Origin: a virus
Strand: one strand, 5' to 3'
IMG/VR virus record: IMGVR_UViG_3300029319_000004
Location: 116,712 to 180,711 of that record
DNA length: 64,000 nucleotides
Shown in pieces: positions 55,135-63,577 of this stretch. Both the position numbers and the translations under genes were made by a program. Each line of letters opens with the position of its first letter. Position 1 is the first letter of the stretch. Under the pieces are notes generated by a model. The model searched no databases and was not told the DNA's origin. It saw only the letters and a program-made list of their open reading frames with translations.

Positions 55135-55417
55135 AAGAATCGAGTGCGCTGACGGATTTAGCATGAGTGTGCAAGCCAGCAGCTTCAACTATTGTCAGCC
55201 GAGAGTTGACAATGCTTCAGCTTACGAAGAGGTTGAGGTTGGGTTTCCAAGCAGCCCTGAATCTCTTTTGAGTAGTTACGCCGAAGACCCGTCAAAACCA
55301 ACTGAGACTGTCTACGGCTGGGTGCCATCGGAAGTCGTACTCAATGTTGTTGCGAAGCACGGCGGCATAGTTTCTGGTGACTTGCCACCGGGCCTTGTCT
55401 ACCTGGAGGCACCATGA
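55121..55417 (+). CDS. Conserved phage early protein
   Basis: IECADGFSMSVQAS...YC.PR....Y.EVEVGFPS...VYGWVP. Confidence 0.75.
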   Translation: MSKNKRIECADGFSMSVQASSFNYCQPRVDNASAYEEVEVGFPSSPESLLSSYAEDPSKPTETVYGWVPSEVVLNVVAKHGGIVSGDLPPGLVYLEAP

Positions 55418-55596
55418 AAGCTGGAGATCTGGTGATGAGCAAGGCTTATCAAAACCATGTGAATATTTTACCAGCCAAGCTGGTCGTTCAAACGACTGCG
55501 AAGCTGGGCTATGCTAAAGGTCCGTTCATTGTTACAGCCGATGAGCCTGATGAGTGGAAGCCAGCCAAGAGTTTTTTTGTAGTGTCGCCTGCATAA
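55414..55596 (+). CDS. SH3/KOW-like family protein (divergent)
   Basis: MKAGDLV...LVV...W.....F.VVS. Confidence 0.65.
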   Translation: MKAGDLVMSKAYQNHVNILPAKLVVQTTAKLGYAKGPFIVTADEPDEWKPAKSFFVVSPA

Positions 55597-55624
55597 ACCT
55601 GCGCGTCCTATAGTTACTTATAGG

Positions 55625-55912
55625 ATGCTTGGTTGGTTAAAAAGAAGGTCTTGGCTGATATTGTGCCATGTTTTGAACCTTCTTGATGCAACGCTGACTT
55701 TGTACGCTGTATCCAGAGGTGTTGAAGAGGCAAACCCCATAATGGCCTGGACTCTACAGGTGAGCCCGCTGTTCTTTGTCTTCGTGAAGTTCACTGTGTT
55801 TAGTGTAGCCATAGATTTTCTAGCACGCACACGTCCTACGTACCTGTTGCCAGTGGCTAGCTTGTTTGGTTTGGTGGTGGCATGGCATGTTGGTTTTTGG
55901 ATTTTGTTATAA
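55625..55912 (+). CDS. Membrane protein (DUF5658-like)
   Basis: LNLLDATLT.YAV..G..EANPIM...F.FVK. Confidence 0.75.
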   Translation: MLGWLKRRSWLILCHVLNLLDATLTLYAVSRGVEEANPIMAWTLQVSPLFFVFVKFTVFSVAIDFLARTRPTYLLPVASLFGLVVAWHVGFWILL

Positions 55913-55962
55913 AAGTTTTTTACTCACGCTGCAAGGTGCCTACGTTACACACAGGAGACAAC

Positions 55963-56124
55963 ATGATTGATGACCAACAGAGGTTGCGAAACCTCCAAAA
56001 GCTACACGATTCTCTTTCTTTCGCCTTGGAAGATGTTAAAAAAGAGATTAAATACATTATGCTTCAGCATAGCGCTGCCCCTGATTCCTTTTCCGAGGAC
56101 AAGGAGAAGTTCATAGCACCATGA
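55963..56124 (+). CDS. Small hypothetical protein
   Basis: Promoter at 55919 and SD AGGAG; MIDDQQRL... Confidence 0.65.
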   Translation: MIDDQQRLRNLQKLHDSLSFALEDVKKEIKYIMLQHSAAPDSFSEDKEKFIAP

Positions 56125-56381
56125 ACATGAAAGAGTGTAAGCGACTTAAGCCCGGTGCGATGGTGACTGAGGCTTTCGCCCCCGAGCCATGTCGAACACT
56201 TGGCATGGTTCTTCACAAAGAGTACGTTTTGGGAGAGCATTATGCTAGGGTGCTTGGAGGTAAGAAGCAGGCTCGATATGATCTATATGTTCATTGGTTT
56301 GAGCCGCCTCAATGGCGAAGGAATAAAGACAACCCTGACAAACTTCAATGCTGGGAAGTTAAGTTGCTGAAGAATGGGTAG
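56121..56381 (+). CDS. SH3/KOW-like family protein (divergent)
   Basis: LKPGAMV...LGMVL...YDLYVHWF....W.VKLL. Confidence 0.65.
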   Translation: MNMKECKRLKPGAMVTEAFAPEPCRTLGMVLHKEYVLGEHYARVLGGKKQARYDLYVHWFEPPQWRRNKDNPDKLQCWEVKLLKNG

Positions 56382-56539
56382 AGAGTGGTATTACATTTCC
56401 AGCACAGGAAAAAAAGATGAGCAGAAACGAGATGTTGGTGGAGATCGCGAAGTCGATTTGGTTTTTTCTGATGATGACAGGTTTACTCTACATGATGTCG
56501 TTCCTATAGTTTCAGAGGACGACAAAGAGGACGACTTCG

Positions 56540-56800
56540 ATGACACGATTTAACCCCGATATTAACCACCCAAGGTTTGGCTCACTTGTCACTGACACAT
56601 TCGATGCAGGTCAAGTGGTTATGGAGAATATCGCCGTTCAGATCTTTAAGCGACAAGACAACGACTACTCTCTTCAGTATGCGTCCGCTGTTTGGGATGA
56701 AGACGCTAGCCCGTCTCTCTATTGGGACGATGCCACCAAGCAGGAACGCGGCCGGCACTGGCGTCTTGTCTACCGATTTTACCCGGAGAAAAAAGCGTGA
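56540..56800 (+). CDS. Hypothetical protein
   Basis: Promoter at 56482; SD GAGG. Confidence 0.65.
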   Translation: MTRFNPDINHPRFGSLVTDTFDAGQVVMENIAVQIFKRQDNDYSLQYASAVWDEDASPSLYWDDATKQERGRHWRLVYRFYPEKKA

Positions 56801-57060
56801 GACGTAGAGACAAAACAAGGAACCGGCGGCTATCCGCTGAAGACAGGGCGCAGTTTGCCCGCGAGCGTCAGGCCCTCGTTGGCTCGCTCATTACCCAGAA
56901 AGGCTTTGAGGGAGCGCTCGTAGTAGAGCACGTCCGAGGCTCTCAGTACCTCATCCGTATGCCTGATGGCACCGAGGTCTTCGCCTCGCACAAGAAGCAG
57001 AGAGGCAGCGAAGACGCCATCACAAAAGCAGGCTGGAGATTGTGGGAGGATCGAAGATGA
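56797..57060 (+). CDS. Hypothetical protein
   Basis: GTG start in GTGA overlap; basic N-terminus, beta-rich core. Confidence 0.6.
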   Translation: MRRRDKTRNRRLSAEDRAQFARERQALVGSLITQKGFEGALVVEHVRGSQYLIRMPDGTEVFASHKKQRGSEDAITKAGWRLWEDRR

Positions 57061-57368
57061 AATACTTTACTCTCGGAATCCTGTGCCTACTGTTGTCTTG
57101 TTGCACGCTTGATTGGCATGTAGACAAGAACTGTGGGCCGGGAACAAACAGGACGTGCGGCCCAGCGACATACAGCAACTCAGGATATTCTACAACTGTT
57201 GAAGTTTATTACGAAAGTTGCTATGACGAGCCATATATCGATGTGCCTGAGTGGTGCGATTGGTACAGTGACAACACAACATGTTGTGTTTGGTACGTTG
57301 ATGGATGGTATGAAGAATGGTGCCAGTGGGGTAATGACTTCTGCTGGGAATACAATGGAGCATGGTAA
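57057..57368 (+). CDS. Cys/Trp/Tyr-rich secreted lipoprotein
   Basis: MKYFTLGILCLLLSCC lipobox-like; WCDW, CCVW, WCQW, FCWE. Confidence 0.65.
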   Translation: MKYFTLGILCLLLSCCTLDWHVDKNCGPGTNRTCGPATYSNSGYSTTVEVYYESCYDEPYIDVPEWCDWYSDNTTCCVWYVDGWYEEWCQWGNDFCWEYNGAW

Positions 57369-57758
57369 ATGGGATATAGATCTGAAGTGATACTGGCAAT
57401 CGATGCAGAGATTGTACCGGCTTTGATGGCTGCTTTCGCAAAATGCGAAGAGACACAGAAACTATGCACTCAGCATGTTGACAACCTCGATACTGACTAT
57501 GACGGCAAAGGCAACTGGCTGATGCGCTGGGACCATATCAAGTGGTACGACAGCTTCCCAGAGATCGAGATGCTTAACAAGCTAATCGAGGCCATGGAGA
57601 GTGATGAACTCGACGAGTTTGGTATACCGTCTAATGACGACGCTCCTATCCCCTCCGAGATGTTCCGCTTTGTTCGCATAGGTGAAGATATGGACGACAA
57701 CGAAGTCCGTGGCTATGGCTTTGATAACATTTACATTTCCAGAGGTATTTCTTTTTAA
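57369..57758 (+). CDS. Conserved phage early protein
   Basis: MGYRSEV ... IKWYDSFPEI ... FVRIGEDMDDNE. Confidence 0.75.
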   Translation: MGYRSEVILAIDAEIVPALMAAFAKCEETQKLCTQHVDNLDTDYDGKGNWLMRWDHIKWYDSFPEIEMLNKLIEAMESDELDEFGIPSNDDAPIPSEMFRFVRIGEDMDDNEVRGYGFDNIYISRGISF

Positions 57759-57794
57759 TGTTTACTCTGCATTATTTGTTCCTATGGTATCAAC

Positions 57795-57998
57795 ATGGAA
57801 GGACGACCCCCGAAACCACGCCTTGGCGACCTAGTAAGGATTAGAAAAGACTATCCTAACGAAGAGGCGGCAGGTATGATTGGCCTAGTGACAAAGACAG
57901 TAGGCATCGAGTGCATCGTTCAACCGGCTGGAATACATTCACAAAATCCACTTGCCAAGCCATGGTGGCTAGCTCGCAGTGACCTAGAGGTGCTCTAA
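57795..57998 (+). CDS. SH3/KOW-like family protein (leaderless candidate)
   Basis: RLGDLVRI...IGLV....CIV....WW....DLEVL; ATG 6 nt after -10. Confidence 0.75.
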   Translation: MEGRPPKPRLGDLVRIRKDYPNEEAAGMIGLVTKTVGIECIVQPAGIHSQNPLAKPWWLARSDLEVL

Positions 57999-58192
57999 TG
58001 TTTGATTGGTCAATGAAACCCCCCAAGCCAACCTATAACTACTACTGCGGCTCGTGCGGCTGCAAGTACATCAACAAACCTGGCGCTACGCGGTCGGCTT
58101 GTTCAGCCAACTGTTACGCATGTGGTAGTAGCCGGATTATCCGCTACGAGTGGGCCACGGACGGAGAGGGCCAACAAAATGAAAGTCGGTGA
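57998..58192 (+). CDS. Small zinc-ribbon protein carrying the NESR junction
   Basis: CGSCGC...CSANCYACGS; ends QQNESR. Confidence 0.7.
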   Translation: MFDWSMKPPKPTYNYYCGSCGCKYINKPGATRSACSANCYACGSSRIIRYEWATDGEGQQNESR

Positions 58193-58361
58193 TTTAGTTA
58201 GCGTAAAAACAAAGCACCATGGCACAAAGCTGGGTGTGCTAGTTCAGAGTTACCACCGTTACGATTGGAAGGGTGACGAGTGGCGTGTAAAAATGCTGGA
58301 CCATCCGCGTGACGTACATGCTGCTGAGTGCGATCTGGAGGTCATTAGTGAAAGTCGGTGA
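58179..58361 (+). CDS. SH3/KOW-like family protein
   Basis: MKVGDLVSV...LGVLV...WRVKM....DLEVISESR. Confidence 0.85.
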   Translation: MKVGDLVSVKTKHHGTKLGVLVQSYHRYDWKGDEWRVKMLDHPRDVHAAECDLEVISESR

Positions 58362-58503
58362 TATTGTTAAGTATTTTGGTGATGTTGCTGTTGTGCTGTC
58401 GCGACCAAACCAAGGTGGCACCGTGCAGGTTCTTAGCTCCCAGAAGGACAAAGTAGTTTGGTTTGTCACGTCAGAGTGTGAGGTTATCAGTGCAAGTCGG
58501 TGA
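58348..58503 (+). CDS. SH3/KOW-like family protein
   Basis: GTG start; KVGDIV...AVVL...VQVL...W....CEVISASR. Confidence 0.85.
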   Translation: MKVGDIVKYFGDVAVVLSRPNQGGTVQVLSSQKDKVVWFVTSECEVISASR

Positions 58504-58693
58504 TCTAGTTAAACTTTTGAACGACCCAGAGGTCTACAGAAACAATGCAGAGATTCCTCCCGATGCCGTCGGCCTTGTCGTTGAACACGACGAGCCTTGT
58601 TTTCTGGCTGGCCCTCTAAAATCTATGTGGGTCCAGTGGAATGGCCGATGGGACTGGGATTCGATGTATGTCGAGGACTTAGAAAAACTTTGA
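58490..58693 (+). CDS. SH3/KOW-like family protein
   Basis: GTG start; QVGDLV...VGLVV...WVQW....Y..DLEKL. Confidence 0.85.
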   Translation: MQVGDLVKLLNDPEVYRNNAEIPPDAVGLVVEHDEPCFLAGPLKSMWVQWNGRWDWDSMYVEDLEKL

Positions 58694-58758
58694 TCAAAGT
58701 GTTTACTATTTTTTTCTCGTGAATACATTAAAGACGTACCCGGACAATGGAGACGACC

Positions 58759-59406
58759 ATGGGACACTACGGACGACGCTACAATCGACAGCCTCGACAG
58801 AACAATCCTGAGCTTGTTGCTCGCATTGAGAAAACAGTCGCACAAGGTGTCTCAACATTGACCGACTGGGAGCGCAGCTTCCTAAGTTCTTTGCTGGAGT
58901 CTGCTAACAAGTGGGGTCGCCTGACTGCAAAGCAACATGAGGTTTATCAACGCATCGAGAAGAAGTCCGATCCGGCTTTTCAATCCGCACGCAAAGCATG
59001 GAATGATTCTTGGGATGATGAAAAGCGGACCATGCTTGTCTTTGCTGCGAACTATTACAAAGCTAACCCACCTTACTACGGTGATGTTGCTAGCAGAATC
59101 CTTAATGATCCCAACTACATACCATCTGAAAAGCTATACCGCAAGATGGTTGAGAACAAGTACGTCCAGCGAGCGATGGCAAACGCCGCTGCGATGCCTC
59201 TTTACGCGGTAGGCACGATGGTTACGATTCGTGACTCGTTGAATGTTCCCTTGCGGAGCCTCCGAGGCCAGGATGTACTTGTAGTAGACGTCGAGACGGA
59301 TGTCTTACACGCTACCAGGGGCTCACGTTCCTACACTGTCCTGCCCATTGGCGCAGGAGAAACTGTAGCGATTCAGGAGCGTTGGCTTAAAAAGTCAAGA
59401 AAGTAA
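58759..59406 (+). CDS. Hypothetical protein (C-terminal SH3-like segment)
   Basis: SD GGAG before ATG 58759; LTDWERSFL.SL...LTAKQ; YAVGTMV...V.V.ERWL. Confidence 0.75.
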   Translation: MGHYGRRYNRQPRQNNPELVARIEKTVAQGVSTLTDWERSFLSSLLESANKWGRLTAKQHEVYQRIEKKSDPAFQSARKAWNDSWDDEKRTMLVFAANYYKANPPYYGDVASRILNDPNYIPSEKLYRKMVENKYVQRAMANAAAMPLYAVGTMVTIRDSLNVPLRSLRGQDVLVVDVETDVLHATRGSRSYTVLPIGAGETVAIQERWLKKSRK

Positions 59407-59502
59407 AAAAAAGTGTTTACCAGCCTAGACTGGTTCCTAAGTTGTTTATGTCGGAAGGCCCGACATCAAATATGTTTCCCCTTAGCCTGACACGGAGTTA
59501 TC

Positions 59503-60573
59503 ATGGCTATCGATTTCAAGACTTTTACTTCTGTCGCCCCCCATGTCCTCGCGGTCAAGAAGCCGCTTATGCTCCGTGGTCGTCACGGTGTAGGCAAGTC
59601 TGAGCTTGTCTATCAGGTTGCATCCACTATGGATCTTCCTGTCGTTGAGCGTCGCGCATCGCAGATGACTGAGGGCGACCTCGTTGGCCTTCCTCGCACG
59701 GATGGCGACGTGACTTCGTTTTGTGCGCCTGACTGGCTGGACGAGTGCTGCAACAACGCACGCTTGCTCTTCCTCGATGAGGTTGACCGTGCCATTCCAG
59801 AGGTGCGCCAGGGCATCTTCGAGCTTACCGACTCTCGCAAGATTTTCGGTAACTACCTCCACCCCGATACCGTCGTGATTGCTGCCGTCAACGGTGGCGA
59901 GCATGGCTCACAGTATCAGGTGGGCGAGATGGACCCTGCGGAGCTTGACCGCTGGACCGTCTTCGACGTGGAGCCTACGACCGAGGACTGGCTCGACTGG
60001 GCCAAGGGCAACGTGGCCACTGAGGTCTGGGACTTCATCAACCAGAACCGCTCTCACTTGGAGCATGGCGAGGACTATGAGCCAAACAAGGTTTACCCTT
60101 CGCGACGTTCTTGGAAGCGTCTGAACGATTGTCTCGTGTCCGCTGGGATGCTCGGTGTCGAGGACCACAACCCTGTCATCTTCCACCTTGCCACTGGCTT
60201 TGTCGGTTTCGAGGCTGCTGTATCCTTCAACGACTTCGTGAAGAACTACGAGCGACAGGTCACGGTCGAAATGATCCTCGATGATGGCAAGGTCAATAAG
60301 ACTTCTGACTTTAACATCAATGAGCACTGCGCTCTCATCGAGAAGATGGAGTCCGTCGAGGCTTTCAACGAGCCACTCACTGATGATCAGTGCAAGAACC
60401 TTGCCAACTACTTCGTAGCGCTCCCCTCCGAGGCTGTCATGAAGTTGTGGCAGGTGCTTGGCAAGGGCAACATCGACAACGTGACCAAGTTTCACAAGGC
60501 TCAGGCCGACAATGGCGAGACGGTCGCAGGCAAGCTAGTCACTATCCTGACTGGCAAGTCGAATGAGTCATAG
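59503..60573 (+). CDS. MoxR-type AAA+ ATPase
   Basis: GRHGVGKS Walker A, GDLVGLP, LLFLDEVDRA Walker B, IAAVN, MDPAELDRW, PSRRSW. Confidence 0.95.
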   Translation: MAIDFKTFTSVAPHVLAVKKPLMLRGRHGVGKSELVYQVASTMDLPVVERRASQMTEGDLVGLPRTDGDVTSFCAPDWLDECCNNARLLFLDEVDRAIPEVRQGIFELTDSRKIFGNYLHPDTVVIAAVNGGEHGSQYQVGEMDPAELDRWTVFDVEPTTEDWLDWAKGNVATEVWDFINQNRSHLEHGEDYEPNKVYPSRRSWKRLNDCLVSAGMLGVEDHNPVIFHLATGFVGFEAAVSFNDFVKNYERQVTVEMILDDGKVNKTSDFNINEHCALIEKMESVEAFNEPLTDDQCKNLANYFVALPSEAVMKLWQVLGKGNIDNVTKFHKAQADNGETVAGKLVTILTGKSNES

Positions 60574-60579
60574 GGCTCA

Positions 60580-60611
60580 GGCGCAGGGAGGCATGGCTCA
60601 CAGATGCCTCA
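60580..60611 (+). ncRNA. Conserved structured RNA element (H-type pseudoknot candidate), copy 2
   Basis: GGC-GCAGG-GAGGCAT-G-GCT-CACAG-ATGCCTC. Confidence 0.65.
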
Positions 60612-60870
60612 ACTCTTTGAAATCATGGAGGTTTCAAATGCTATAACTACTAACTTATTGATTTTATTATAAAAGCTCCCAGCAGCGACGATGGAGCCAA
60701 GGTATTGGACCCGCACTTTTTGCCTGTAAGTGTGCGGAATGTAAGAAAAAACCAAAACAGGATAGCACGGTCGCTCTGCTAGAAAACGACCCTTCGCTGC
60801 TTTTTTTATTTACTCTGCACGTTACGTGCCTATGTTGCTTGTGTACCCAACGACGACGACGGAGGACACA

Positions 60871-62151
60871 ATGTCCGACTTCAATCTTAACGACCATGTT
60901 TACCGACTTCTTCAGTCGGAGCCCTTCTTCGCTGCACTCTCGCGGCGCATCGAGAAAAAGATGAACAAGTCCATCCCGACCGCTGGTGTGCGCGTCAACG
61001 AGGATGGCTACTTTGAGATGGTCTACAATCCAGACTTCTTCGAGCCACTCACCGACAAGCAGCGCGCTGGTGTGCTGGTCCACGAGTTCTATCACCTCGT
61101 CTTCGAGCATGTCACTGGTCGTCTTCCCGATGAGCTAGCCGGTGTCATGCAGGGCAAGCCTTCGCCTGAGCAGGCGCAGAAGTTCAAGCTGTGGAACATC
61201 GCAGCAGATCTCTCTATCAACTATCATATCGGCGCAGACAATCTGCCTGAGAAGTGCTGCATCCCTGGCGGTCCTATGTTCGAGGACATGCCCGGTGACA
61301 AGACCGCTGAGTGGTATTACGACAAACTGATTCAGAAGGTCGAGGAGCAGCAACAGCAGAGTCAAGGCCAAGGCGAACCAGGCGAGGGTGACGGTCAGGG
61401 CGGAGGCTCAGGCACACCCGGTGACCAGCCATTCGATCCTGATGCAGCAGGCCAGTTCGACTCGCATGACGAGTGGGGCGAGGGTCAGGCCAATGAGATC
61501 GCCCAAGAGGCCCTGGACATCGCCAAGGAGCGACTCAAGGAGGCCGTGAAGGATGCTGCCTCGGAGTCATCCAGCAAGGGCTGGGGCTCCGTCTCTGCGT
61601 CCTGCCGCAAGGAGATCATGGAGCGTCTCACGTCCAAGGTTGACTGGCGCAAGGTGCTTCGCTACTTCGTCAAGACCTCGCAGCGTGCCAACAAGCGCAG
61701 CACGCCCAAGCGCCTGAACCGTCGCTACGCCTACGTCCACCCAGGTCGCAAGGTCAATCGCACTGCCAACATCGCAGTCAGCATCGACCAGTCTGGCTCT
61801 GTGTCTGACTCCATGCTCGCTGCCTTCTATGCTGAACTGAACAAACTGGCAGACCTTGCCACATTCACCGTCATTCCCTTCGACACCCGCGTCGCAGAGG
61901 ACAAGGTGTTCGTTTGGAAGAAGGGCCAGAGTCATCCTCAGAAGCGCTACATGTACGGCGGAACCTGCTTCAACGCTCCCACTGAGTACGTCAACAGCAA
62001 GGGCAACTTCGACGGTCACATCGTCCTGACGGACATGGAGGCCCCTAAGCCCAAGCCCAGCAAGTGCCAGAGGATGTGGATGACCACGAGCTATCACGCG
62101 CAGCGTCCCTACTTCGCAACCAGCGAGCGCATCATCGGCATTGATGAATGA
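60871..62151 (+). CDS. Metallopeptidase-like (HExxH) plus vWA domain protein (DUF2201-type partner of MoxR)
   Basis: PTAGV, YNPDF, VLVHEFYHLV, WNIAAD..IN, IDQSGS (MIDAS), FDT, GGT.F, VLTD. Confidence 0.92.
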   Translation: MSDFNLNDHVYRLLQSEPFFAALSRRIEKKMNKSIPTAGVRVNEDGYFEMVYNPDFFEPLTDKQRAGVLVHEFYHLVFEHVTGRLPDELAGVMQGKPSPEQAQKFKLWNIAADLSINYHIGADNLPEKCCIPGGPMFEDMPGDKTAEWYYDKLIQKVEEQQQQSQGQGEPGEGDGQGGGSGTPGDQPFDPDAAGQFDSHDEWGEGQANEIAQEALDIAKERLKEAVKDAASESSSKGWGSVSASCRKEIMERLTSKVDWRKVLRYFVKTSQRANKRSTPKRLNRRYAYVHPGRKVNRTANIAVSIDQSGSVSDSMLAAFYAELNKLADLATFTVIPFDTRVAEDKVFVWKKGQSHPQKRYMYGGTCFNAPTEYVNSKGNFDGHIVLTDMEAPKPKPSKCQRMWMTTSYHAQRPYFATSERIIGIDE

Positions 62152-62249
62152 TAGAGTGGGGCATGATTATCGTTAAGGCCATGGGCCTCTATGCCCTGAT
62201 GGGCCTCGTGACACTGATCACAATCAAATACATTTCAGATAAAGATTAA
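62148..62249 (+). CDS. Small membrane protein (33 aa)
   Basis: Not in track. ATGA overlap; hydrophobic. Confidence 0.45.
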   Translation: MIEWGMIIVKAMGLYALMGLVTLITIKYISDKD

Positions 62250-62341
62250 TCATTCCGGGTGCTTGTAAGTTTTTTACTCGCGCCTGTTTACCCGCACGTA
62301 TCCGTGCCTATGTTATAACTGTTCCAAGCAGAGGAGAGAAC

Positions 62342-62530
62342 ATGACCCGCAAAGATTTTCAGATGATTGCAGATGTTGTTAAGACTATCGAAGACCACCA
62401 CACCCGCCACACAGTCGCGATGAACTTCGCGGTCAAGCTGAAGGATGTGAATCCTCGCTTTGATGTCAGCCGATTCGTCGGTGCGTGCAACAGCTACGCG
62501 AAGCCGGATTCAGTTGAGGTGAAGTTCTAA
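62342..62530 (+). CDS. Conserved small early phage protein
   Basis: MTRKDFQMIA ... NPRFD..RF..AC; own promoter and SD. Confidence 0.8.
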   Translation: MTRKDFQMIADVVKTIEDHHTRHTVAMNFAVKLKDVNPRFDVSRFVGACNSYAKPDSVEVKF

Positions 62531-62661
62531 TGGGAAAGTTGCTCATGCTGCTCGCCGTCTTCACGGCGGGCTACCTCTGGGGCGACGTCGCCCTGGCACA
62601 CGCTATCGATCTCTGGCAAGATTTGTCCGAGACATCCCGAATCAAGCTGGAGAACCCATAA
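62530..62661 (+). CDS. Small membrane protein (43 aa)
   Basis: Not in track. TAATG overlaps at both ends; KLLMLLAVFTAGYLWG. Confidence 0.6.
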   Translation: MGKLLMLLAVFTAGYLWGDVALAHAIDLWQDLSETSRIKLENP

Positions 62662-62888
62662 TGGCAAGAGACATTCCAAGAGTTATGAAACACGCTGACG
62701 CAGTGCGTCACTTTGAAGAAGAGATGATGCCCGGTATCCGAGCCATCGAGGCCACACAATCTGGCAACCCTGACTGGCCTCGCCGCTGCGAGGCTTGGAA
62801 CAACTGGACCGATGCCTTGTGCAAAAACGAGCAGATCTCTGACTGGCAGTATGAGAACTGGTCGCACCCTCCAAGTTGTGGAGATTAA
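62661..62888 (+). CDS. Conserved small early phage protein
   Basis: EAWNNWTD.LCK..QISDWQY.NW..P. Confidence 0.75.
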   Translation: MARDIPRVMKHADAVRHFEEEMMPGIRAIEATQSGNPDWPRRCEAWNNWTDALCKNEQISDWQYENWSHPPSCGD

Positions 62889-63048
62889 AGGTGGAATCGA
62901 TTCTGCTCTATATCTTTGTCTGGCTGGTGCTAGCTCAGATGGTTGAGCAATAGTTTTTTGCTCGTGCGTGCATAGTTTTTTGCTCGCGCCCCTTTACACA
63001 CGTGAAACGGTGCTTATTGTATAGGTGTCGAAAAGACAAGGAGACGAC

Positions 63049-63348
63049 ATGCGTAAGAATCAGAAGATTTCAGTCCGAGGCGACCACAAGCGAGCAGCGC
63101 GAAACGAGGGCAAGCCCCGTATCGGTCAGGTGCGAATCCCAGCACGCAACATGCCTCACACAATGTTTCGTCGTGCATGGCTCGGTGATGGGACACAAGT
63201 TGCTATCGCTCGGTCCAACGATCGTTTTATCTGTGGGCATTTTGACGCTCACGAGCAGCCCCTCTGTAGGGCAACCGTCTTCGAGGGCGGCTCTGCTGAG
63301 TCTCGCGCCCTTCTCTGGCTTAAGCGCCAGAGGATGATTAATGGCTGA
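63049..63348 (+). CDS. Basic hypothetical protein
   Basis: Promoter at 62993 and SD GGAG. Confidence 0.65.
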   Translation: MRKNQKISVRGDHKRAARNEGKPRIGQVRIPARNMPHTMFRRAWLGDGTQVAIARSNDRFICGHFDAHEQPLCRATVFEGGSAESRALLWLKRQRMING

Positions 63349-63577
63349 TTGGCCACCCGACGTGGGCGACTTGGTGCGAGTGATCGCGCCCGGTCATGAC
63401 CCACCGGGTCCAGCGCTTGTTGTCGAGAAGGACAAGGGCGGATGGCTCAGGCTCAAATGGGCAGTCGGAGAGCCTGAAGGCTACGATGGATACGACAGAT
63501 GGTATCCACCGGCAAAAGTCATAATGATTTCAAGAGCTTGTGAGAAAGATGAACAATCTTTCAAAAAAAACACCTGA
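63341..63577 (+). CDS. SH3/KOW-like family protein
   Basis: PDVGDLVRV...ALVV...LRLKW....WY....V.MIS. Confidence 0.75.
   Translation: MADWPPDVGDLVRVIAPGHDPPGPALVVEKDKGGWLRLKWAVGEPEGYDGYDRWYPPAKVIMISRACEKDEQSFKKNT

Noticed and set aside
55587-55614. Additional early promoter before 55625
   Set aside because: GTCC-TATAGT fits the -10 but there is no TTTAC at 16-17 bp, so it was not counted.
53866-58693. Junction repeats plus variable inserts as a CRISPR array, integron or DGR
   Set aside because: Inserts are 150-260 bp intact ORFs. There are no attC-type inverted repeats, integrase, reverse transcriptase or TR/VR pair in the window.
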